A stretch of DNA of 64,000 nucleotides, taken from an uncultured Candidatus Saccharibacteria bacterium (lineage in GTDB: Bacteria > Patescibacteriota > Saccharimonadia > CAZBQI01). Each line of letters begins with the position of its first letter. The first letter of the stretch is position 1. Shown piece by piece: positions 20,623 through 28,823 of this stretch. Location: assembly GCA_964494105.1 (NCBI GenBank), contig CAZBQI010000004.1:15810-79809 (forward strand), written 5' to 3'. Both the position numbers and the translations under genes were made by a program. Below the pieces are notes generated by a model. That model worked only from the letters and a program-made list of their open reading frames with translations. It searched no databases and was not told the DNA's origin.

Positions 20623-21492
20623 ATGACGAAGCATGCTCCTTTAATAGCAATTGTTGGCGAAACAGCCAGCGGGAAATCTAGCCTTGCACTTGCACTAGCG
20701 AAAAAATATAGTGGTGAAATAATTGCTGCCGATTCGTGGACAATTTACCGTGAGCTAAACGTAGGTACGGCAAAGCCGAGTCAAGCCGAACAAGCTGAAA
20801 TTAAGCATCATCTGATTGATGTTGTTAACCCGGATGAAGATTTTACAGCGGCGCTTTATAAAGACCTAGCCAATAAGGCGATAACGGAGATTACTTCACG
20901 CAAGCATTTGCCAATTATGGTCGGTGGGACGGGGCTGTATGTCGATAGCGTGCTATTTGATTTTAGCTTTTTGCCGGTAGGCAGTGACAGCCTTAGGACG
21001 GAGCTAGAGGCTTTATCGCTGGATGACTTAGTAAAAAGAGCACAGCACGAAGGCTACGACCTTGCCGGGATTGACCTGCGCAATACTCGCCGGGTACGCA
21101 GGCTAATAGAAACCGGTGGGAGGCGACCGCAAAAGTCTGAGCTCCGTGGCAATACCCTGGTGATAGGCGTAAAAATACCGCGAGCGAAGCTACGAGCAAA
21201 CATTGAATCGCGGGTAGAGATTATGTTTAGAAAAGGTTTGCGCCGGGAAGTTGAAGAGCTGGTAGATAAATATGGCTGGGAAAGTGAGAGCCTAAAAGGT
21301 ATTGGTTACGCTGAGTTTAGGGGTTACTTTGACGGCCAGCAAAGTATGGCCGAAACTAAGCGAAAGATCGTGCGAAACACCCTGAACTTAGCTAAACGGC
21401 AACGCACGTGGTTTAAGCGCAACACCTCAATTCAGTGGGTAGGGAATCTTGAAGAGGCTGATAAATTAGTGTCAAAATTCTTGAACTCTTAA
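20623..21492 (+). CDS. miaA: tRNA dimethylallyltransferase
   Basis: P-loop IVGETASGKSSLALALA and the conserved MiaA core. Confidence 0.85.
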   Translation: MTKHAPLIAIVGETASGKSSLALALAKKYSGEIIAADSWTIYRELNVGTAKPSQAEQAEIKHHLIDVVNPDEDFTAALYKDLANKAITEITSRKHLPIMVGGTGLYVDSVLFDFSFLPVGSDSLRTELEALSLDDLVKRAQHEGYDLAGIDLRNTRRVRRLIETGGRRPQKSELRGNTLVIGVKIPRAKLRANIESRVEIMFRKGLRREVEELVDKYGWESESLKGIGYAEFRGYFDGQQSMAETKRKIVRNTLNLAKRQRTWFKRNTSIQWVGNLEEADKLVSKFLNS

Positions 21493-21746
21493 TGCTTTAG
21501 GATCTAATTTAATTCTTTTCCTTAAACTTCTTTGTAACCAAAGAAGCAAAGTTCCCGAATAAGACGTAATACTCGATATACATTAGTCATTCAAAGAAGC
21601 AGGAATCTGCGGAACTCTGCGCCGTAGGCGCATCGAACAATCCTCGATTCTTGCATTTTTCATTCCAGATGTAATCGGGTTCCTTTATATTCGGTGGATA
21701 AGGCTTTATACAAGCTACCACCTACTATCTACGATATACTAATGAC

Positions 21747-23048
21747 ATGTATCGCATCTTTGTAAATTTGATTGGTAAATTGCTTTTGCGCGTACTCCGC
21801 CTGAGTGGTCGCAGTGGCTCGGCATTACCGGGGCTAATAGTTGAAAAGCTTTCACCAAATTATTTGCGCAAAATGGCAAAGCGCTTACCCGGGGGGGTAG
21901 TGCTAGTAACTGGAACTAATGGAAAAACCACAACAACCAAACTGCTGGCTGGAATACTGGAAGCGCATAAAACCAAGGTGCTGGTAAATCGTAGCGGTAG
22001 CAATATGAGCCGTGGTATAGCGGCTGCGTTCATTGAACAGTCTAGCTGGTTAGCCGGTGTACGAGCGGATGTCGGTCTTTTCGAAGTAGACGAAGCGTTT
22101 GTAGGCGATGTAGCGGCTAAAACGAAGCCCAAGGTGCTGGTTGTGCTGAATCTGTTACGAGACCAGCTGGATCGCTATGGTGAGCTCGACAGAACAGCCA
22201 GCCTAATTAAAAAGGGCATTGTCCACGCCAAAACTACAGTGCTAAACGCCGACGATTCGCTGGTTCGTGATTTGGCAAAGGCAAATGATAAGATGCAGGT
22301 TAAGTATTTTGGCGCAACGCCAAAACTACAACAAGATTTACCCGACGATGCCTCGCTATTTAATAAAGCCGGCAGAAGCATTGATAGAATATTGCCTTTC
22401 GCCAGACACCTCGACCTAGTGCTAGACAAAGCAGAAGCGACAAAAACGGGACAAAGCATCGTGCTTAAACACCAAGGCAAATCATATCCGGCGCAACTGC
22501 AATTACCAGGGCTATATAATGCGTATAACGCCACCGCCGCAGCGTTAGTGGCAAATTGCGTCGGAGTTCCCTTCGAAAGCATTACTAGGTCTATGGCAAG
22601 CGTCAAGCCTGCCTTTGGGCGTAGCGAAGTAATCAATTCCCACGGAAAAAGACTGGAACTACTGCTAGTAAAGAACCCGAGTGGTTTTAATCAGATAATT
22701 ACGACTTTTTTGACTACCGAAAAGAACCTATCGCTATTATTGTGCATCAATGATAATTTTGCTGATGGTCGCGACGTATCATGGCTATGGGATGTAAATT
22801 TTGAACAGTTAAAAAACATGAAACATAGCATACTGGTTAGTGGTATGCGAGCTAATGATTTAGCTGTGCGCCTTAAGTATGCCGAAGTTGAATGTAGCGT
22901 AGAACAAAATTTGAGCCAAGCGATAAATGTCTTTAGCCGAAGCGTGGCAGAAAACCAAATAGGGTATGTCATCCCAACCTATACAGCCATGCTAAAAATT
23001 CGTAGCTTACTTGCCAAAGAAGATAGCATAGATGAGATATGGAAATGA
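21747..23048 (+). CDS. murT: Lipid II isoglutaminyl synthase subunit MurT (Mur-ligase fold plus DUF1727)
   Basis: Mur ligase P-loop VLVTGTNGKTTTTKLL and the DVSWLWD motif of the MurT C-domain. It is followed by gatD. Confidence 0.8.
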   Translation: MYRIFVNLIGKLLLRVLRLSGRSGSALPGLIVEKLSPNYLRKMAKRLPGGVVLVTGTNGKTTTTKLLAGILEAHKTKVLVNRSGSNMSRGIAAAFIEQSSWLAGVRADVGLFEVDEAFVGDVAAKTKPKVLVVLNLLRDQLDRYGELDRTASLIKKGIVHAKTTVLNADDSLVRDLAKANDKMQVKYFGATPKLQQDLPDDASLFNKAGRSIDRILPFARHLDLVLDKAEATKTGQSIVLKHQGKSYPAQLQLPGLYNAYNATAAALVANCVGVPFESITRSMASVKPAFGRSEVINSHGKRLELLLVKNPSGFNQIITTFLTTEKNLSLLLCINDNFADGRDVSWLWDVNFEQLKNMKHSILVSGMRANDLAVRLKYAEVECSVEQNLSQAINVFSRSVAENQIGYVIPTYTAMLKIRSLLAKEDSIDEIWK

Positions 23049-23121
23049 TAATTGTGAGTTATCTTGCGAGCGGGGCTTTGTTTAGACGCGAACAAGTGTG
23101 CGCAGAAAGGTCGAAAACAAT

Positions 23122-23838
23122 ATGAAACAAATCACTATTACGCATTTATATCCGCGAGAACTTAACATCTACGGAGATCGCGGTAATATTATTACCCTAA
23201 AAAAACGTCTACTTTGGCGCCACTATGAAGTAAAAGTAGACGCAGTTCACCCGGGGCACCGTTATGATTTCACAAAAAGCGACATTATTTTTGGCGGTGG
23301 CGGGCAAGATAAAGGTCAAGAAATTGTGGCTGATGACTTACAGGCAAAAAAGAACGAACTAATGGCCGCCACGAACGACGGCGTAGTGATGCTTGGAATT
23401 TGTGGGACGTATCAATTATTTGGCCATCGATTCGTGACCCTCGAAGCTAAGGAAATTCCCGGCATCGGCATTTTTCAGGCTGAGACTATCGGATCGAAAA
23501 AACGGATGATTGGAAATGCTGTTATCACTTCAGATTTTGGAACGCTGGTTGGTTTTGAGAACCATAGTGGCAAAACTAATTTATTCAAAGGCCAAGAGTC
23601 ACTTGGCAAGGTGCTAAAAGGATATGGCAATAATGGTTCATCCGGGTTTGAAGGTGCAATCATGAACAACTCATTTGGTACATACCTACATGGACCGCTA
23701 TTACCAAAGAACCCACGTTTTGCAGATGAGTTATTGCATCGAGCTTTGTCGCGAAAGTATGGCAAAGTTGAACTTGAGCCACTTAATGACTCACTAGAAC
23801 ATCACGCAGCCCGGGTTGCTCGGTCTCGACCACGGTAG
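23122..23838 (+). CDS. gatD: Lipid II isoglutaminyl synthase glutaminase subunit GatD (CobB/CobQ-like GATase)
   Basis: ITHLYPRELNIYGDRGN and GICGTYQLFG (catalytic Cys) motifs. The start is moved to the MKQ ATG at 23122, because the ORF-track start at 23098 adds a non-conserved extension. Confidence 0.8.
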   Translation: MKQITITHLYPRELNIYGDRGNIITLKKRLLWRHYEVKVDAVHPGHRYDFTKSDIIFGGGGQDKGQEIVADDLQAKKNELMAATNDGVVMLGICGTYQLFGHRFVTLEAKEIPGIGIFQAETIGSKKRMIGNAVITSDFGTLVGFENHSGKTNLFKGQESLGKVLKGYGNNGSSGFEGAIMNNSFGTYLHGPLLPKNPRFADELLHRALSRKYGKVELEPLNDSLEHHAARVARSRPR

Positions 23839-23962
23839 TATTACTCAAAGTACCGAACTGTATACTATATTTATTGCTTTTTGCTACAATAAACATAGTG
23901 ATTAACCCAAGGTAAAATTCCTGATACACAAATTTAAAGTTGGGTAATAAGGAGATAAGAAG

Positions 23963-24595
23963 TTGATTGAACAGTTGTTTGGCTCAAAAACTCGCGTTAA
24001 GTTACTTCATTTGTTCTATGCTAATCCGAATAGATCGTTCTATGTTCGCGAAATAACACGAAAAATTGATGAACAAATAAATTCAGTTCGTCGTGAGTTA
24101 TCCAATCTATTAACTATCGGCATTATTAAGTCAGATACTAGCGGTAATCGACTTTACTACGAAGTGAACCAGCGATATCAACACTACAATTCCCTGCGGT
24201 CGATGTTTACCGAGATGAACACCAAAAAAGACAAGGTAGTAGCAAAAAGTGGCGGTGATATTGCTAGTAGATTAAAAGAAACTGGTTCTATCGATTTGGC
24301 AATTTTAAGCGGATTTTTCGTTAAAAACCCCAGTATGCCGGTTGATTTGCTGATTGTTGGGGATGTTAATCGATCACGTTTAGCTAAAGTGGTTCGTGAG
24401 CTCGAAACCGAAGAGAATCACGAAGTTCGCTATGCGGTGTTTAACAAAGAAGAGTTTGACTACCGCTATGACCTTAGCGATCGATTTCTATCGATTATAC
24501 TTGAAGCCAAGCACACTGTTTTGGTTGGTGATCTACCAAAAAACCCGAATGCCAATATTGAAGCGTCAGAAGTGAAACAAACCAAAGAAGACTAA
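23963..24595 (+). CDS. Hypothetical winged-helix DNA-binding protein
   Basis: N-terminal ~70 aa resemble an ArsR/MarR-type wHTH (SFYVREITRKIDEQINSVRRELSNL). The C-terminal domain is uncharacterised. Confidence 0.4.
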   Translation: MIEQLFGSKTRVKLLHLFYANPNRSFYVREITRKIDEQINSVRRELSNLLTIGIIKSDTSGNRLYYEVNQRYQHYNSLRSMFTEMNTKKDKVVAKSGGDIASRLKETGSIDLAILSGFFVKNPSMPVDLLIVGDVNRSRLAKVVRELETEENHEVRYAVFNKEEFDYRYDLSDRFLSIILEAKHTVLVGDLPKNPNANIEASEVKQTKED

Positions 24596-24671
24596 TCTGA
24601 CAAAACGATTTATGGATTGTGTATACTGTACGAATAGTCTAGATAAAGAAATAAGAAGGTCAGGAGGGTAA

Positions 24672-25307
24672 ATGGAATTTAGTTATTACGGTGCCGGCTG
24701 TGTGTGTATTTCAACAAAAGATCTCTCGATTCTGGTTGATCCACCAACCAGTGATAGCGGTTTGAAGTTGCCAAAGGTAAAGGCAGACGTGGTGCTATAT
24801 AGTAATCAGTCAGCCAGCACAGAGACAGTTCATGGTGAAAGTTTTGTCACAAATTTACCGGGGGAGTACGAGCTAAAGGGTGTTTCGATTCAAGGTATAG
24901 CGGCTCAGCAACACATTGATAAACCAAGTGACCCCAAGGCTGCTGTTATATATGCAATTCAGAACAGTGAAGTCAGGGCGCTTGTAACGGGGAATATTGA
25001 TCCACAGCTCTCAGATAGTCAAGTTGAGGCAATTGGTGAGGTTAATGTATTGATTATTCCGGTAGGTGGCAAAGGCCTTACCCTGGATGCAAACGCTGCT
25101 TGTAAGCTGGTTACCCAGTTTGAGCCGCAGTACATTATACCGGTGCACTACGATGACGGCGATACCAAATACCCTGTACCCCAGGATAAGCTCGAGACTT
25201 TCTTACAAGAGGTGGGAGTAGAATCCCCGGAGAAAAAAGTAAAACTCAAAGTGACAGCTAAAAACCTCGAGCAAGAAGCCGAGGTAGTAGTACTAGAGCG
25301 TCAATAG
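24672..25307 (+). CDS. COG2220-like MBL-fold hydrolase homologue with a degenerate metal-binding motif
   Basis: Overall pattern (MEFSYYGAGCVCIS...ILVDPP ... IIPVHYDD) resembles the UPF0173/beta-lactamase-fold hydrolases. The HxHxDH motif is not recognisable. Confidence 0.4.
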   Translation: MEFSYYGAGCVCISTKDLSILVDPPTSDSGLKLPKVKADVVLYSNQSASTETVHGESFVTNLPGEYELKGVSIQGIAAQQHIDKPSDPKAAVIYAIQNSEVRALVTGNIDPQLSDSQVEAIGEVNVLIIPVGGKGLTLDANAACKLVTQFEPQYIIPVHYDDGDTKYPVPQDKLETFLQEVGVESPEKKVKLKVTAKNLEQEAEVVVLERQ

Positions 25308-25308
25308 C

Positions 25309-25533
25309 CTAAGCTGTTTCTTTTGTTTTCTCTAACTTGGCTTCGGAATCTGCAGTTTTCTTGATTGTGCGTAAACATTGAGCGCACACTTTTAGTTTAA
25401 GTTTTTCACCGCCGATATCTAGGCGCTTTATCTGCAGATTTGGCTTCCAGGTGCGTTTAGTTTTGCGCTGAGAAAAACTCACGTTGTGTCCGAATTGCTT
25501 GGCTTTGCCACAAATATCGCAACGATAGGCCAT
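25309..25533 (-). CDS. rpmB: Ribosomal protein L28
   Basis: MAYRCDICGKAKQFGHNVSFSQRKTKRTWKPNLQ is the bL28 signature. Confidence 0.85.
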   Translation of the reverse strand: MAYRCDICGKAKQFGHNVSFSQRKTKRTWKPNLQIKRLDIGGEKLKLKVCAQCLRTIKKTADSEAKLEKTKETA

Positions 25534-25623
25534 AATTAACTCCTGTTAGTGTTGAACTCAAATATCACCATATCCTAGCCAATAACAGAGAAGAAGTCAA
25601 ATTTCTGGTATACTTGTACAACA

Positions 25624-26256
25624 ATGGGAACAATAATCGGGGTTGTATTTCTTGTCATAATTTTAGTCATTTCGATAACGTGCCATGAATTTATGCACGC
25701 ATATGTGGCGAATCGATTAGGCGATGACACGGCAAAATCTAGCGGTAGACTTAGTCTTAATCCAATCGCACACATTGATTTATTTGGAACAATACTACTG
25801 CCATTCATTTTATTTTTAGCTAATTTACCGGTGTTTGGTGCAGCTAAACCTGTACCTTTTAATCCCAGCCGTTTGCGTAATGGCGATATGGGTATGGCAA
25901 TGGTTGCCCTTGTCGGACCGTTTACAAATTTGCTACTGGCAGTTTTTATATCACTGTGGTTACGTTTTTTGCCGGTAAGCGGGTTAGCTATGGATTTCTT
26001 CGAAATGTTTGTAATGGTAAACGTTGGGTTCTTTGTTTTTAATATGATTCCATTTCCACCACTTGATGGATCCAGACTTTTCTATGCACTCGCGCCCGAT
26101 CCACTGCGGGCAGTGATGCGTCAGATAGAAGGATTTGGCCTTATAGGAATTATGGCGTTCATTTTTTTGCTTTTTCCGTTTATAAGTCCGATTGTAGGGC
26201 GAGCGATTAATGCCATATTAACAGTGCTGATTCCAGGCTACAGCTTAACAATTTAG
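25624..26256 (+). CDS. Site-2 protease family (M50) membrane metalloprotease, short form
   Basis: HEFMHA (HExxH) in the first TM helix and an LDGSR motif (M50 hallmark) later. Polytopic. Confidence 0.75.
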   Translation: MGTIIGVVFLVIILVISITCHEFMHAYVANRLGDDTAKSSGRLSLNPIAHIDLFGTILLPFILFLANLPVFGAAKPVPFNPSRLRNGDMGMAMVALVGPFTNLLLAVFISLWLRFLPVSGLAMDFFEMFVMVNVGFFVFNMIPFPPLDGSRLFYALAPDPLRAVMRQIEGFGLIGIMAFIFLLFPFISPIVGRAINAILTVLIPGYSLTI

Positions 26257-26560
26257 CTCGACTTAACATAAGCGTACTTCGGTGTATAATATAGGTGTCT
26301 CTGCGTCAGCAAGAGGTACCTTGAGTTGTTTTTCCACAATAAATTTTGCTTCGGGAGCTCAATATTATCTTGGCCCCTGGGCTTCGTATTGCGGGCACCC
26401 ACCTATTTTTAGGTAGGAAAAGCAATCAAGGTACCGTGACGTGGAGTTTTGGAGTAAAGCCTCAGGGATATTCTTTGAGGCTTCTTTTATCCCGACGTTC
26501 GCTAGAGCGAAGTAGGGACTCCGACCAAGGCGTCGGAGTTGTCTTGATAGAATTATTTGT
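26257..26560 (+). ncRNA. Candidate structured noncoding region (multiple strong hairpins) upstream of GIY-YIG gene 1; identity unknown
   Basis: No credible ORF here; 26346..26615 has no family match and overlaps the GIY-YIG start. Three hairpins are present: GCCTCA...TGAGGC, TTCGCT-AGA-AGCGAA and CTCCGAC-CAAGGC-GTCGGAG. A TATAAT box lies at about 26285. CCCGAC/CCAAG motifs are shared with the tRNA-Pro-fragment insert. Confidence 0.3.
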
Positions 26561-26827
26561 ATGGAAGGGTGTGTGTATATTCTGCAAAATAGGCAAACGA
26601 GCAGATATTACGTAGGTAGTACGAGAAATTTAGAAAGACGCCTAAGACAACACAAATCAGGAAGCACAAAAACGACAAAATCGGGTGATTGGGAATTGGT
26701 GTTTAGTCAGACAACAGAAACTATTAATCAAGCCCGAGAAGCTGAGAAGAAAATTAAGTCATGGAAAAGGCGAGATTTTATAGATAGAATAGTGCATGAG
26801 GGAAGAGTAACTTTCTTAGATAAGTAA
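26561..26827 (+). CDS. Small GIY-YIG nuclease family protein (copy 1)
   Basis: 88 aa with the GIY-YIG core: VYILQN...YYVGSTRNLERRLRQH ... conserved Glu ... KSWKR. It is about 50% identical to the ORF at 46687..46950. Confidence 0.8.
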   Translation: MEGCVYILQNRQTSRYYVGSTRNLERRLRQHKSGSTKTTKSGDWELVFSQTTETINQAREAEKKIKSWKRRDFIDRIVHEGRVTFLDK

Positions 26828-26830
26828 CCA

Positions 26831-27010
26831 CCGGGTGTGGCGCCCCGACGCCAAGTGTCGGGGCAGGCAGCTTGGTCCGGCTTTACGTTGGACGTGGTAG
26901 CGCGTACGTCTGGGGTGAGCAATGCCGGTGGCATTGAGCAAGGTAATCTCCACTTTGCAAGCTTGCTTCGCAAAGCAGAAGTTGCGGGCCCGCCGGAGGT
27001 GGGCGTGAGG
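26831..27010 (+). repeat. tRNA-Pro 5'-region pseudo-copy with a 51-nt structured D-loop insert (copy 1, extended tRNA-like tail)
   Basis: CCGGGTGTGGCGC-[CCCGACGCCAAGTGTCGGGG CAGGCAGCTTG GTCCGGCTTTACGTTGGAC]-GTGGTAGCGC-GTACGTCTGGGGTGAGC... The flanks match positions 1-13 and 16-25 of the tRNA-Pro at 27057, and the next ~17 nt resemble its anticodon arm with a 4-nt deletion. The core 26831-26903 is repeated at 46610-46683. Confidence 0.5.
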
Positions 27011-27056
27011 TTCCTCACGGCCCGTTAAAATATGAGATATAATGACATATTAGAGA

Positions 27057-27132
27057 CGGGGTGTGGCGCAGGTGGTAGCGCGTACGGCTGGGGGCCGTGA
27101 GGTCGCTGGTTCGAGTCCAGTCACCCCGACCA
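27057..27132 (+). tRNA. tRNA-Pro (anticodon GGG), CCA encoded
   Basis: CGGGGTGTGGCGCAGGTGGTAGCGCGTACGGCTGGGGGCCGTGAGGTCGCTGGTTCGAGTCCAGTCACCCCGACCA. It has a C1:G72 pair typical of bacterial tRNA-Pro and anticodon loop CTGGGGG. A TATAAT box lies at 27039-27044. Confidence 0.85.
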
Positions 27133-27167
27133 AAATGATGTAGCCCTAATAAAATAATGGAGAAGCA

Positions 27168-27623
27168 ATGACATTAGTAGAATGCATTAAAGATAATTTA
27201 GATAAAGTTAGGTTAATGCAATTAGCGACTGTCGCAGATAATAAGCCATGGGTTTGCACAGTTCATTATTATAGCGATGATCACCTGAATATATATTGGA
27301 TGTCGCATCCCGAGCGACGGCATTCCCTCGAAGTTGCCAAGAACAAAAATGTATCTGCAACGATTATGGTTCACGAGGACAGTCCAAGCGAAAACTATGT
27401 AATTGGTGTATCAGTTGAAGGAACTGCTGAACCTATTTCCATAAAGGAATACGAGTCTGTTGCTAGGAAGTATGTATCTAAACTAGGTAAGGATGCTAAC
27501 TCAATAGACGAAATTATAAGTGGGAAAAAACCAAGTCAATTTTACTGTCTAAAACCAAGTAAAATTGTGTTATTCGACAATAAGAATTTTCCAGATGACC
27601 CACGTCAAGAACTTGAGTTATAA
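27168..27623 (+). CDS. Pyridoxamine 5'-phosphate oxidase-like FMN-binding split-barrel protein
   Basis: 151 aa with the PNPOx-like fold pattern (LMQLATVADNKPWVCTVHY). Confidence 0.55.
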   Translation: MTLVECIKDNLDKVRLMQLATVADNKPWVCTVHYYSDDHLNIYWMSHPERRHSLEVAKNKNVSATIMVHEDSPSENYVIGVSVEGTAEPISIKEYESVARKYVSKLGKDANSIDEIISGKKPSQFYCLKPSKIVLFDNKNFPDDPRQELEL

Positions 27624-27635
27624 TAGTATAAAGTT

Positions 27636-28379
27636 ATGACTGAGCTTAAAGATAAAGTTGTTCTAATCACCGGTTCATCAAGTGGAATAGGCCGAGCTAC
27701 CGCTATTAGTTTTGCTAAACAGGGCGCGAGTGTTGGTGTCAATTACCGCGAGAATAAGCAAGGTGCCGAAGCAGTTGCAAAAGAAATTAACAAACTGGGA
27801 GCGAAAGCTCTTATTATTAAAGCAGACGTGTCAAAACCAGATGAAGTAAAGATGATGTTTGATCAAGTAATTTCAGAATTTAGGCAGCTAGATATATTAA
27901 TCAACAATGCAGCCATACCTACCGATAAAGTGCCATTTTTAGATGCTTCATTTGATGATCTTCGCGAGATGATCGACACAGATTTAATTGGGCCTATGGT
28001 TTGCTCGCAACAAGCAGTTCGGATTATGCGTAAGCAAGGTCATGGGAAAATACTTAATACTGGCTCGGTTCGTGGCTGGGAGTACGGTGGTAGGGCAGAA
28101 GTATATGCTGCATCAAAAGCTGGTCTCCATAGTCTTACGCGAACTCTTGCTAAAGAAGTGGCACCCGAGATTCAAGTAAACGCGGTAGCTCCAGGTTTCG
28201 TAAAAACTCGTGTATACGATACAGCCCCCCCCGAGAGGATCGATAGCTTTATGGGACAAACTTACTTAAAGCGCTTTATTGAACCTGACGAAATAGCAGA
28301 TGCGTTTATATTTCTAGCAAAGAACGATGCAGTAACAGGCCAGGTTATCTATGTTGAAGCTGGCTTTATGCTTACGTAA
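27636..28379 (+). CDS. SDR-family oxidoreductase (FabG-like)
   Basis: TGSSSGIG Rossmann motif, NNAA, and YAASKAG (the YxxxK catalytic motif). Confidence 0.8.
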   Translation: MTELKDKVVLITGSSSGIGRATAISFAKQGASVGVNYRENKQGAEAVAKEINKLGAKALIIKADVSKPDEVKMMFDQVISEFRQLDILINNAAIPTDKVPFLDASFDDLREMIDTDLIGPMVCSQQAVRIMRKQGHGKILNTGSVRGWEYGGRAEVYAASKAGLHSLTRTLAKEVAPEIQVNAVAPGFVKTRVYDTAPPERIDSFMGQTYLKRFIEPDEIADAFIFLAKNDAVTGQVIYVEAGFMLT

Positions 28380-28382
28380 GGG

Positions 28383-28808
28383 ATGCATAAAACAATAAAA
28401 ATCTTTACAGACGGCGGGAGTCGCGGCAATCCGGGTCCGGCCGCTAGCGGCTACGTGATATTAGACGAGCACGATAAAGTTCTAGAAGAGGGCGGAGAGT
28501 ACTTGGGGATTACAACGAACAATCAGGCAGAATATCGCGCAATGAAACTTGCTCTCGAGCGTGCAGCAAAGTATAAGCCAGATACAATAGAATGCTTCCT
28601 AGACAGCCAGCTGCTTGCTCATCAGCTAAATGGCATTTATAAAATGAAGAACGCAGCCCTGCGACCAATATTTGAAGCAATTCAACGGCTCGCTACTCAA
28701 TACGCTAAGGTAACCTTCCAGCATGTCTACCGCGAAAACAACAAGCTCGCAGATGCGCAAGTAAATATAATTTTAGACAGAGAAACTGGTAGAAAAAAAT
28801 CCGCCTAA
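28383..28808 (+). CDS. rnhA: Ribonuclease HI
   Basis: IFTDGGSRGNPGPAASGYV N-terminal catalytic Asp region and conserved RNase H1 acidic residues. Confidence 0.85.
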   Translation: MHKTIKIFTDGGSRGNPGPAASGYVILDEHDKVLEEGGEYLGITTNNQAEYRAMKLALERAAKYKPDTIECFLDSQLLAHQLNGIYKMKNAALRPIFEAIQRLATQYAKVTFQHVYRENNKLADAQVNIILDRETGRKKSA

Positions 28809-28818
28809 GAGCGGATTT
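28790..28818 (-). terminator. Bidirectional intrinsic terminator hairpin (AAATCCGC-ctaaga-GCGGATTT)
   Basis: 8-bp perfect stem. On the minus strand it is followed by T7 (plus-strand agaaaaaaat), so it terminates rnpB. On the plus strand it sits at the rnhA stop codon, which lies in the loop. Confidence 0.6.
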
Positions 28819-28823
28819 AAATT

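Noticed and set aside
26346-26615. 89-aa ORF in the gap before GIY-YIG copy 1
   Set aside because: It has no recognisable protein family and overlaps the real GIY-YIG start. The region is hairpin-rich and is better explained as noncoding RNA or element sequence.
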